From IMG/VR virus record IMGVR_UViG_3300020576_005251, positions 32,001 to 96,000 of that record: a stretch of 64,000 nt of DNA; one strand, given 5' to 3'. Positions within the stretch are counted from its first letter, which is position 1. Every line of letters starts with the position of its first letter. This document shows, one piece after another, positions 9,650 to 18,313 of this stretch. The stretch comes from a virus (Duplodnaviria > Caudoviricetes). A program made the position numbers and the translations under genes. Under the pieces are notes generated by a model that saw nothing but the letters and a program-made list of their open reading frames with translations, searched no databases and was not told the DNA's origin.

Positions 9650-12600
9650 TCACACATTCGTCTTGGGGGATGGGGCGGTGGCGGAGGGCGCTTGCGTGTC
9701 CGTCGGTTGCGCAGGCTTCCTCTGCGTGCTCTCTCGAAGAAGAGTCACAACCTCCTTGAAGTGAATCACGGAGATCAGCATGGTGGGTGCAGGGTTTCCG
9801 CACGCCGCCATGAACTCCCGAACTTGCAACTCTGCGTACTCTGCCTGCGGGACTGCGAGCGGATGTTGGTCAAGTAGATGCTTGAGTCGGAATGCCTGCT
9901 CACGAGAGTACTCGGTCCGGTGGAGGATTCCGCCGTTCGACTGGACCGCGATCCAATCGATGACGAGAACCCCCTTCGACTCATCGTAGAGCACCCCGTG
10001 GGAGGTGCTGTTCAGACGAGGGGTATTCTCCCGATCTCCCAGCAGGTTGATCACAGACGTGAAGTGGTTGCCGAGGCGAATAGAGCTCGAACGGATAAGC
10101 GTCTCCATCAGGATCAAGTGCGGAGACGACTGCTGATAAAGCTCCTGCGTCCCGAGGCGAACTCTTGCCGAAGAGATGACCAGCTCTCGCCAGTTACCGC
10201 CCAACATGTCGCACATCGCAGCGGGTCCGTAGAAGTTACGGACAAATCGGGTGTCCACATCGAACGGGAAGAACCCCTTGGTGTTCATCTCACGCACCAC
10301 ATCGGCGTAGTGCTTGCGGTAGAGATCGTGGAACTTGAACAGCCCCACGTTGAGCACCCGCCGCATCTCCGCGAACTCTTCCGGTGTAACGTTCGCGGAG
10401 ATGTGTGTCGTGGGATTGGGGTGTCCCTTCTTGGCAACCGTCTGAATCTCCAGGCGCCGGTTGGCGTCCTGGACGTTCTTGGGGAGGTGGACGGAGGTAG
10501 CGATCGTGTTGAACCAAAGCGTCAAGTACGTCGTCTGCCCGTTGATGACGCGGCTGATCTGCGCGCCACCCTCAAAGCCTGACTGTCGGAACAACTCAAG
10601 CAGGTTGTTGACCTGTCGCGACTTCATCTCGTTGTCCGCCTCGGCGGAAAACTCATCCAGCGCGCAGGTGTTCGAGGCGCCGTTGAAGCCATTGTAGATC
10701 GACGCAGGGCTGTAGTTCGTAAGGTACTGGATAAAGTCCAGGAGCTGGAGGTGCGGAATCTGACCCCCGCAGAACAAGGCCATCAGGCTGGACTTGCCCG
10801 TCTGCGACGGGCCGACAATGTGAAGGTGGACCTTCTCCGGACGGAAGTGGGGCATCGCAAGATCCGCCAAGAAGTATGCGATGAGCAGTGAGTCGCTGTT
10901 GCCGCCCTTGAGGCTCCAAGCAGGCATGATCTTGGTCGCGATGTCCTTGACCACCTGCTTGACGCGCGCGAGCGTCACATTGTTCCCCTCCTCCAGATCT
11001 GCCAAGGAGTTGATCACGGTTCGATGCTTGACCGGGGTCGTGGCGAAGATCCGATTGCCGTCCGTAGGTCCGTCGAGCGTGCGCCACTGCATCGTGCCGT
11101 CTGCGCGGTAATGCCCCGAGTAAACAACCGTCCCCAGGTTCAGGTACTGGATCGTCCCGCCAAACCCATCGTCGCGGCTGTGGGGACCCAGGCCGATGTA
11201 TTCACAGGAGTTCTTTGCCGGGATCCCCTGGTAAAGCGCCTGAAGCGCGATCCCGGTGTAGTCACCCAGTGAGCGCTGAAGCTCCTTGATGACTGACGCC
11301 GTCTTCTCGACTCGTGACTCAACCAACCACAGCGGAATACCAATACGCTGCTGGAAGTAGGTATAGATATCGCCCACCACGTTCGAGAGCGCGGCCAGCG
11401 TACCCGGGTTGTCCCCCGCCATGAACGCCACCGGCTTGCGACTCTCTCGATGGTAGGTAGTCACCTTGGCGCCGCGAGGGGTGTCCTCTCGATAAAGGAA
11501 GTAGAAGTCGTTGCTCAGCGTCTCAACGACCCGCTGGATGAAGCCCGCCTCGTCGTCCTGCCCCTTGATGATGAGGGCCCGGATCTCGGCCGGGGAGAGC
11601 GACAGCACCTGGGCAATCCGGTCCAGGTAGCTGGCCAACTGCGCGGGGTGGCGAACGCACTCACCGAACTTGGCCGCGAGGTCGGTCTTCTCGCGAACCC
11701 CGGAGATCTCCAGCGCGTCAACGCTTGCACGTTGAAACGCCCACTCGTCACAAGTGACGAACACCTTCCGGTAGTTCGCCAGGACGCACTCCCGAAAGTG
11801 CTCAAAGCCCAGGATGCGAACAACGTCATCGGGATCCTTCACGAAGCCGTTACTGGACGCGAGGTTGTCCCATTGATTGAAGACAAAGGCGTTCAGCTGT
11901 GCGCAGCTTGAGAGTCGGTCGCGAAGCCACACCTCGCCGCGCCCACGGCTCGGAGAGGGGTGGTCATGAAGGAAGTAGGCGCTGTCGAAGCCCGCCTGCG
12001 TGAGTGAGTCCGTGTCATTGGCGAGTCCGCACGTACCGATGACCAGCCAGCCCTCGTTGCTGTTTTCGATCAGCGCTTCCGCGATGGTCAGCGTGTCGTT
12101 CTCACCCTCCACCACCAGGAGCTTGAGGCTCTCACGCTCCTTGTAAGAGATGTTGGCGAGGTGGGGTGCGTAAAGCCCAAAGTATCCGTTGGGTTCGTCT
12201 TCCGAGAATCCAGGCAACACCAGGATGTTGCCATCCTTCTGGTTCTCGGTGTCCGGACGCCGCAGGCGAATGCGAGCAGGTGTTGAGATGTCGTGCCCGG
12301 TGATGAACACAACCGCGTGGCTCCACTCCGCACCGGGGTGCTTCGCCAGCTCGCGGACCACGTCCAGGATCTTGTCCCTTCGCTCTGCGGAGTAGCGCGA
12401 AGGGGCGTCGCTCGCATACCCCTGACTGGCGAGTGAGAGGACCCGTTGTTCGCACAGGGAGATCAGGGTCGCAGGGGTCGGCCATACGCCGTACGGCATC
12501 GTATGGATCAGGTCGCGCTTGTGCCCGCGTTGCTCGAAGAGCCAGTCGATCGCGGCCTCGCCAAGCCGTGCGGTGAGGCCCGCTCCTTTGTCCCCTGCGC

Positions 12601-13060
12601 CTTCCTGGGGGTGGGTGAGGTCGATCAGATGCTTGTTGGTCGCCCACGCGATTGCCTTCAAGGCTTCCCTGTGGATATCGAGGCGGTCGTACTGAGCTTC
12701 GAGCTTCTCCGGAACCAGCCGAACGCCTGTGACCGCCTGGAGTTCCTTCAGGGATTGCGCGTACCCCCATCCGAGCTTCGAGTCCTGGAACAACTGAAGG
12801 AGGTTGCGCGTCCGGTAGTGACAGACGTTGCAGCTTGCGACGCCCGTGCGGAAGTCAACCTCGAACGAGGGGTGGTGGTCTGGGTGCCCCGGGAGCACAC
12901 AGTGCATGCGCAGACGCTGAGCCCCCTTCTGCTGAGGGTCAGAGTCTGGCAGGTAGCGGCGAAAGACATGCCCCAGCTGAGAGATGTCTACGCGTCGGAA
13001 CAGCTCAACCGCGTCCCGATTGGAGAGCGACGGCGTAGAGGCACCTTTGCCACGAGACAT
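9650..13060 (-). CDS. Primase-helicase fusion (zinc finger + TOPRIM + P-loop)
   Basis: HCVLPGHPDHHPSF...CNVC zinc-binding domain; TOPRIM LVVEGENDT and KDPDD; Walker A GPSQTGKS and Walker B CALDE. Confidence 0.82.
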   Translation of the reverse strand: MSRGKGASTPSLSNRDAVELFRRVDISQLGHVFRRYLPDSDPQQKGAQRLRMHCVLPGHPDHHPSFEVDFRTGVASCNVCHYRTRNLLQLFQDSKLGWGYAQSLKELQAVTGVRLVPEKLEAQYDRLDIHREALKAIAWATNKHLIDLTHPQEGAGDKGAGLTARLGEAAIDWLFEQRGHKRDLIHTMPYGVWPTPATLISLCEQRVLSLASQGYASDAPSRYSAERRDKILDVVRELAKHPGAEWSHAVVFITGHDISTPARIRLRRPDTENQKDGNILVLPGFSEDEPNGYFGLYAPHLANISYKERESLKLLVVEGENDTLTIAEALIENSNEGWLVIGTCGLANDTDSLTQAGFDSAYFLHDHPSPSRGRGEVWLRDRLSSCAQLNAFVFNQWDNLASSNGFVKDPDDVVRILGFEHFRECVLANYRKVFVTCDEWAFQRASVDALEISGVREKTDLAAKFGECVRHPAQLASYLDRIAQVLSLSPAEIRALIIKGQDDEAGFIQRVVETLSNDFYFLYREDTPRGAKVTTYHRESRKPVAFMAGDNPGTLAALSNVVGDIYTYFQQRIGIPLWLVESRVEKTASVIKELQRSLGDYTGIALQALYQGIPAKNSCEYIGLGPHSRDDGFGGTIQYLNLGTVVYSGHYRADGTMQWRTLDGPTDGNRIFATTPVKHRTVINSLADLEEGNNVTLARVKQVVKDIATKIMPAWSLKGGNSDSLLIAYFLADLAMPHFRPEKVHLHIVGPSQTGKSSLMALFCGGQIPHLQLLDFIQYLTNYSPASIYNGFNGASNTCALDEFSAEADNEMKSRQVNNLLELFRQSGFEGGAQISRVINGQTTYLTLWFNTIATSVHLPKNVQDANRRLEIQTVAKKGHPNPTTHISANVTPEEFAEMRRVLNVGLFKFHDLYRKHYADVVREMNTKGFFPFDVDTRFVRNFYGPAAMCDMLGGNWRELVISSARVRLGTQELYQQSSPHLILMETLIRSSSIRLGNHFTSVINLLGDRENTPRLNSTSHGVLYDESKGVLVIDWIAVQSNGGILHRTEYSREQAFRLKHLLDQHPLAVPQAEYAELQVREFMAACGNPAPTMLISVIHFKEVVTLLRESTQRKPAQPTDTQAPSATAPSPKTNV

Positions 13061-13068
13061 GAAACCTC

Positions 13069-13950
13069 CTAGACGCCAGGGTTGACGCCACTTCGCTTCG
13101 CCTTGCGCTCAGCCACCTGCTCGGCGCCCTTCGGACAGAGCGCCTCGTCGTTGTAGCCGCAGTACTCACATTGCCACCCCGTGGAGGGGGTGGGTTCGTC
13201 TCGATCAACCAAAAGAAGCGGAGAAGCCAGCTTGCTAAGGTAGCGCGTGAGCCACGGCTCCACGTGCTTCTTGATGTCGTCCCGGGTCCAGGGCCCCGGC
13301 CGACCGCTGAATGTAGGGAACCAGTCGAGCTCCGGCGCCCCGAAGTAGTTGATCGCACACTGCACACCCAGGATGTCGGGCATGTTGGCAATGGCGAGCA
13401 GCATGTACACATAGAACTGCATCGAGTGCTGCTCGATGGGCTTGCGCTTCCCCGACTTGTGATCGACCAGGAGCAGCACACCAGCCTCGGTGTGAAGCCC
13501 GTAGTCGAGAACGCCTCGGATGAGGCACTTCGGGTCATCGAACGAACAGCCCTGGAAGTCCGCCGTCATGGCGAGCTTCGCCTCGATGTACTCCTTCTTG
13601 GCCCCGTACATCTCCTTGATTCGCTTCATGTTCTTCACGAAGTCGACGATGCCGGGGATCTTTCCGGAGACCTCGACCACCTCAGACTCGGTGAGTTGAT
13701 CGATCTGCATCTGCTCGCGAGAGAATGCGGTGAGCACCTCGGGTTCCGGCAGACGCAAGAGCGCGAACTCTTGAATGGTGTGTGCCGTCACACCCACCCG
13801 CGCCTGCGTCCCCTTGTGGGACTCTTTCACCTTGCGCACGTACTTGAACGTGAACTGAGAAGAACAACGCGCAAGGACTTCGGCCTTGCTCAAAGACCAG
13901 GGTGCGTACTTGAGCACGAGCGGCGATAGGATCACAGCAACCTCACTCAA
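13069..13950 (-). CDS. PD-(D/E)XK nuclease (RecB/Cas4-like)
   Basis: S-x-S...C N-terminus, RGVLD, VDHKSGK, Q-x-x-x-Y, C-terminal CEYC...CP. Confidence 0.85.
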   Translation of the reverse strand: MSEVAVILSPLVLKYAPWSLSKAEVLARCSSQFTFKYVRKVKESHKGTQARVGVTAHTIQEFALLRLPEPEVLTAFSREQMQIDQLTESEVVEVSGKIPGIVDFVKNMKRIKEMYGAKKEYIEAKLAMTADFQGCSFDDPKCLIRGVLDYGLHTEAGVLLLVDHKSGKRKPIEQHSMQFYVYMLLAIANMPDILGVQCAINYFGAPELDWFPTFSGRPGPWTRDDIKKHVEPWLTRYLSKLASPLLLVDRDEPTPSTGWQCEYCGYNDEALCPKGAEQVAERKAKRSGVNPGV

Positions 13951-13963
13951 AAGAAACGGAACC

Positions 13964-14004
13964 GGCGCGCACCCACAACGCCGTATGCGTTGTGGGTGCG
14001 CGCC
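13964..14004 (-). terminator. Perfect 18-bp hairpin, probable intrinsic terminator
   Basis: GGCGCGCACCCACAACGC-cgtat-GCGTTGTGGGTGCGCGCC; on the minus strand it is followed by GGTTCCGTTTCTTTT. Confidence 0.7.
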
Positions 14005-14013
14005 AGCAGGGGG

Positions 14014-14241
14014 TCAGGGGTCGATCTGGCGGAGAAGCGCCTCACCCTTCGGAGTCAGGCGGTAGCTCGTGTACGGGATGTCCGAGCGGGTCCCTCCAAA
14101 GCTGACACAAGCCTCCAAAAGGCCGAGGCGGATTGCGCGCCTGCGTGCGTTCGCCGCTTGGCACGTACGGATGTCAGAGACCCCCCTTCGGAAGTATTCC
14201 AACACCCCAGGCGGCAACTCTTCTGCGGATACGCTCGCCAT
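14014..14241 (-). CDS. Small winged-helix-like protein (75 aa)
   Basis: ATG overlaps the upstream TGA; ends in YRLTPKGEALL, typical of a wHTH wing and terminal helix. Confidence 0.5.
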   Translation of the reverse strand: MASVSAEELPPGVLEYFRRGVSDIRTCQAANARRRAIRLGLLEACVSFGGTRSDIPYTSYRLTPKGEALLRQIDP

Positions 14242-15464
14242 CAGACGTTGACCTTCGGCGCCGCCGCCGAGAGATCCGGCAGCTTGGGCGCCGGGCCACT
14301 TCCGATGCCCAGACCCGCCGCGAGCGCGGAGCCATCGGTGACGTTGGTGCTGGGGGTCTCGGGCGTCTTCGGGTTGTCGGAGAGGTTGTAGATGCGGCGC
14401 GTCGAGGGCCACACCTCGATGGTCTCGACCAGCTGCGCGAAGACCCGCAACGCGCTGCTGAGGTTCTCGGGCGTGTGATCCTCGCCGATCGTGGCCACCG
14501 GCTCGTACCACTTGATCGTGCTGTCCGTCGTGGACACCTCGATCTTGGACGTGAACGAGACCTTGCGCGACCAGAGAGACTTCCAGCCGCCGCTCTGGAA
14601 CTTCTTCACCAGCATCCGCGCGGTGGCCATCGCGGTCTTCGAGAACCGCATGCGGTAGACGCCGCTGAAGTCGGCGGGGACGACGTAGAACTGGATCTCG
14701 TTCGTGCACGCGAGCTCCGGCTTGGGGGCGTTCTTGACGTAGACGGGCTTGTAGGCGCACGCCTCGCATACGCCGTACGCGGACCCGCGCTTCTGGTCGA
14801 GCGAGGAGCAGAGCGGGAGCTTCGACGCGTTGTCGTCGGGCTCGCCGTCCTTCTTCTTGGGCTCCCAGAGGGAGCGGCCCTCGACCACGCCGACCACGTA
14901 GACCTCGAACGCCTGGGGGAGGTTCATGGCCTTCGCCATGGCCGCGCTCCCGGCGCTCAGGATGCGCTCGTCGCGCGAGTAGTAGCCGCCCTGGGGGGCG
15001 GTCTCCGGGCGCTGCTGGTCGTTGCCGGTGCCCTGGTTGAGCTTGGCGTCGAAGAACTGCATCGCACGCTCGCGCGCGAGGTGCATGCCCGTGGTGTCGG
15101 GGTTCATCCGCTCGAAGGCGGCGATCATGTTGGCGCGGAAGGGCTCGGGGAGCTCCTCGATCACCGCCATGACGCGCTCGGGAGTGACTGCCACGTAGCG
15201 CTGGAGGCTCTTGGTGGCGTGCGGGAACCGCTTCAGGAGGATCAGCTTGGCGTAGGGGCCGTACGGATCGAACTCGACCTGCGTGTCGAGGACGGCCGGG
15301 TACTCGGGCTCCGCCTGCGTGATGATGGCCGCAGGAGCGGCGACGACGATCTCCGTCGCGGCTGCGGGAGCCTCAGCGGGTGCAGGCACGGTCTCGGTGG
15401 GCACGGTCTCCGGAGCCTCGGTGGTCTCGACGGCCTTCTCAGTCTTCTCGGTCTTCTTGGTCAT
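14241..15464 (-). CDS. Replication/recombination-associated protein (possible ssDNA-binding protein)
   Basis: 407 aa, very strong codon bias, C...CEAC...C cluster, disordered termini, located in the replication block. Function is inferred from context only. Confidence 0.5.
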   Translation of the reverse strand: MTKKTEKTEKAVETTEAPETVPTETVPAPAEAPAAATEIVVAAPAAIITQAEPEYPAVLDTQVEFDPYGPYAKLILLKRFPHATKSLQRYVAVTPERVMAVIEELPEPFRANMIAAFERMNPDTTGMHLARERAMQFFDAKLNQGTGNDQQRPETAPQGGYYSRDERILSAGSAAMAKAMNLPQAFEVYVVGVVEGRSLWEPKKKDGEPDDNASKLPLCSSLDQKRGSAYGVCEACAYKPVYVKNAPKPELACTNEIQFYVVPADFSGVYRMRFSKTAMATARMLVKKFQSGGWKSLWSRKVSFTSKIEVSTTDSTIKWYEPVATIGEDHTPENLSSALRVFAQLVETIEVWPSTRRIYNLSDNPKTPETPSTNVTDGSALAAGLGIGSGPAPKLPDLSAAAPKVNV

Positions 15465-15528
15465 GTTGTCTCACTTGCTCGACTTGTTGATGTTACCCAC
15501 CCCAGAAGCTATATGGTATATCAAGATC

Positions 15529-16323
15529 ATGCGGAACACCACTGAACGTTACTTCGCAGAGGTCAGCGCACACGCCCTCCCGACGCCTCAAGAGGCAAAG
15601 AAGAACTTTACGCGGTACGCGGAACTCAAGCAGAAGCTGTACGTGGCGTCCACGGATCATGCGAAGCACCAGATCCAAACGCAGATGACTGCGTTGAGCG
15701 GGCGCATCGCCAAAGGGTATCTGCGGTTTGTGATCGGGGAGGCGAGGAAGCGCACACGCGATGCCGAACTTCTGCCAGACCTGATCAGCGCAGGGAACGA
15801 GGGGCTTCTCTGCGCGATCCAGAAGTTCGAACTCTCGGTGGGGACGCAGTTTCTGACATTCGCCTACTACTGGGTACGCGTGAAGATCAACGGTGTCCTG
15901 TATCGGAAGGAGGATGTGAACATCTCCGTACACCGTAGACGGAAGGACGCAAAGGCCGTAGACGAGGGAGGCAAAGAACAGGGGGATGGCATCCCGCCGA
16001 CGATCTCCTCTTTGGACGACTACGAACTCGCATCCGACGCTGATACTGCACGCGACGCCAGCGCCAACGACGCCCGCGCCATGCGCTACCTCACCGCTGC
16101 CGAGCTTCCGCTTCGGGAGCGTCTGGTAGTGCTGTACGTCCTGGGTATGCGGAGCACACCCAAGACGTTTCAGGAGATTGCACTGATCTTCTACACCCTC
16201 GATCGCTCACTGGTGATGCCCAGTGAGGTCGAGGTGTTGTATGAGCGCGGCATCGCCCGCCTGAGGGATTGGGCCGCGCTCTGCGGAGAGGACTCGATCA
16301 GAGAAGATCTTGGGACGGAGTGA
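15529..16323 (+). CDS. Sigma-70 family RNA polymerase sigma factor
   Basis: Region 1.2 RYFAEV; region 2 YLRFVIGEAR...DLISAGNEGLLCAIQKFE...FLTFAYYWVR; region 4 LPLRERLVV...KTFQEIA. Confidence 0.88.
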   Translation: MRNTTERYFAEVSAHALPTPQEAKKNFTRYAELKQKLYVASTDHAKHQIQTQMTALSGRIAKGYLRFVIGEARKRTRDAELLPDLISAGNEGLLCAIQKFELSVGTQFLTFAYYWVRVKINGVLYRKEDVNISVHRRRKDAKAVDEGGKEQGDGIPPTISSLDDYELASDADTARDASANDARAMRYLTAAELPLRERLVVLYVLGMRSTPKTFQEIALIFYTLDRSLVMPSEVEVLYERGIARLRDWAALCGEDSIREDLGTE

Positions 16324-17508
16324 TCACTCCTCGGTCTCGGTCTCGGTCTCGGCCCCCTCGGGAGCCTCCTCCTCGTCGACCTTCTTGAAGCCCTCGGGGA
16401 TCTCGGTGGCGCTGAACGCCATCATGATGCCCTCGCGCAGGCCCTTGAGGTACTGCGCCCGCGCGTTCGCCTTGATGAAGCGCTCGGTGTCGCCGCTCGA
16501 CTTGTAGGACTTGGCGTGCGCGGCCTTGACCTTCGCGGCGGCATCCACGTTCGAGAGGACGGTGCGGACCACACCGAGGTCGCAGGGGTCCAGGGCGACC
16601 TCGCTGAAGTCGAGGCGGCGGACGCGCGGCGTCGGCGGCGTCTCGGTCTTGTCCTTGCCCTTCTTCTGCGCCGCCTCCAGCTCCTCCTGGATGTGCTTGT
16701 TCATGTCCTCGCCCGACCACCCCTTCTCGACGGCGAGGTTGGCCATCCGGATGACGTAGTCCGGATCCGCCGCGTGCGGGCGCAGGTGCCGCGCGTGCGT
16801 CACGGTGATCGCCTCGTCCCGGTACATCGCCTGGACCGGCTCGGGGAGCGCGAACACGGCGACGTAGTGCGAGACCTTCCCGGCGCTCACGCTGGGCGAG
16901 AGCGCCGTGGCGATCTCGGCCTGGGTCTTCCCGGCGAGCGAGAAGCGGTGCACGGTGCACGAGAGGTCCCACTGGCTCTGGTTCTTCCGGGCGACGTTCT
17001 CGACGTGCGCGTCGGTCACCATCTGAGTCCAGTTCTCGTAGGACGCGAGGGTCGCCTGCATCTCGGTGAAGCCGTGGTGCAGACCGGCGCGCGTACGGCA
17101 GCGGCCGAAGCTGAGGACGTTGTAGACCTCCCCCCTCTTCAGCTTGATCATCTCGCCCGGGATCGGCGACACCGGGTACTCCCCGTCGGGGCCGATGAAG
17201 CGCATGCGCGTGAAGCGCACCGGAGACGTGATCCCCGTCTTCGTGGTCTCGAAGAGGGCGGACAGCTGCTTGTCGGTGGGCGGCTCGGCGCGCGTGTCGA
17301 AGATCGACAGGAGTGTGGAGGTCTTCACGGTCACCTGACCGGGCTCGACGGGGGTGAACTCCCAGGGGCTGAACGCGGTCGCGAAGCCCTGGTCAGACGC
17401 TTCGGCGGTGGCGCGTGATGCCTTCTTCTTCGACGCTTCGGGCGCCGCCTCGGTCTCGGCGGGCTTCTTGGTCTCGGTCTTCTTCTTGTCGTTGGTGCTC
17501 TTGGTCAT
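16324..17508 (-). CDS. ParB/Spo0J-like DNA-binding protein
   Basis: GxxR-like FGRCRTRA, ENVARKN, HTH KTQAEIATAL...VSHYV, then LPEPVQ...ITVTHARHL. Confidence 0.78.
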   Translation of the reverse strand: MTKSTNDKKKTETKKPAETEAAPEASKKKASRATAEASDQGFATAFSPWEFTPVEPGQVTVKTSTLLSIFDTRAEPPTDKQLSALFETTKTGITSPVRFTRMRFIGPDGEYPVSPIPGEMIKLKRGEVYNVLSFGRCRTRAGLHHGFTEMQATLASYENWTQMVTDAHVENVARKNQSQWDLSCTVHRFSLAGKTQAEIATALSPSVSAGKVSHYVAVFALPEPVQAMYRDEAITVTHARHLRPHAADPDYVIRMANLAVEKGWSGEDMNKHIQEELEAAQKKGKDKTETPPTPRVRRLDFSEVALDPCDLGVVRTVLSNVDAAAKVKAAHAKSYKSSGDTERFIKANARAQYLKGLREGIMMAFSATEIPEGFKKVDEEEAPEGAETETETEE

Positions 17509-17769
17509 GATCGCGGTCCTCTTGTTGATATCCGATGGGTTGCTGCTCGCGACGTAGAATCCGCCCTAGCGCGGCAGCTATGGGTTGAACTGGCACGACG
17601 GTGACGGGGATGCGATCCACACGTCCTCCTTCTGCCAGATGGCGGTAGCAGTGATAGAAGTCCTGGGCAATCGCTGCGTCTGACGCAGGGGCTGCGACCA
17701 AAACAAAGAAGAGGTGCCCCACGAGCTGCCGGTGCAGCTCGGCGTCGGCGAAGACGTACTCCCCACGAA

Positions 17770-17958
17770 TCAGCGCTCGAAAGGCGCTGTCCCGCAGTTC
17801 GGGCATCTCCGCAGACTGGACTCGGGGCTTGGGGGCGGCACGGGACTTTGGCATTGGGGGCACGAGGTAGGTTGTGCCACGACTCCAATACGGCGTAAAG
17901 TCTTCGGTGCGGGCTCTTCTACCAGATCTTCGTCTGTTTTTACGCCGTACTTATCCAC
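17770..17958 (-). CDS. Small zinc-ribbon protein
   Basis: CPQC...CPNCG in 62 aa; overlaps the upstream gene. Confidence 0.6.
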   Translation of the reverse strand: MDKYGVKTDEDLVEEPAPKTLRRIGVVAQPTSCPQCQSPVPPPSPESSLRRCPNCGTAPFER

Positions 17959-18313
17959 GGGGCTTGATCCCCCAGGCTTCGATGCCCGACACCGGCTGCG
18001 GGGCGTCCGGGTCGAACGGGCGCGATGAGTGCGGCTGCGGACGCTGAGGGAGCGGGATCAGGTCGTCGGAGCTCCGTGGGTGGGCACGCTTGGGTTCGGG
18101 CAGTTCGGAGGGCGTCTTGACGACGATCGGCGTCTCGGTGATGCGAGGCACCTCGACGATGGGCGTTTCGCTGAGCGACACGCTGACCTCGACGATCGGG
18201 ATGGGGTCGTGGGCGATGCCCTCCGGCGCGATCTGCCCGGGGAACCGCTTGCGCAGATCCAGCCCGATCAGCTTCGCGATGTCTTCCCCTGAGTACTCGA
18301 TCTTCATCTTCAT
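17951..18313 (-). CDS. Hypothetical protein
   Basis: 120 aa, coupled (ATGA) to the helicase stop. Confidence 0.6.
   Translation of the reverse strand: MKMKIEYSGEDIAKLIGLDLRKRFPGQIAPEGIAHDPIPIVEVSVSLSETPIVEVPRITETPIVVKTPSELPEPKRAHPRSSDDLIPLPQRPQPHSSRPFDPDAPQPVSGIEAWGIKPRG

Noticed and set aside
13069-13950. Cas4-like nuclease as evidence of a CRISPR-Cas system
   Set aside because: No repeat-spacer array or other cas genes; stand-alone PD-(D/E)XK nucleases are common in phage replication blocks.
15497-15540. Similarity of CCCCAGAAG...AAGA..ATGCGGA to the minus strand at about 22570-22612
   Set aside because: Only two instances and the spacing differs; not enough to call a shared promoter.
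17393-17863. Gene in the gap between the zinc-ribbon gene and ParB
   Set aside because: Several competing frames overlap the neighbours and none has a clear RBS or motif; left uncalled.
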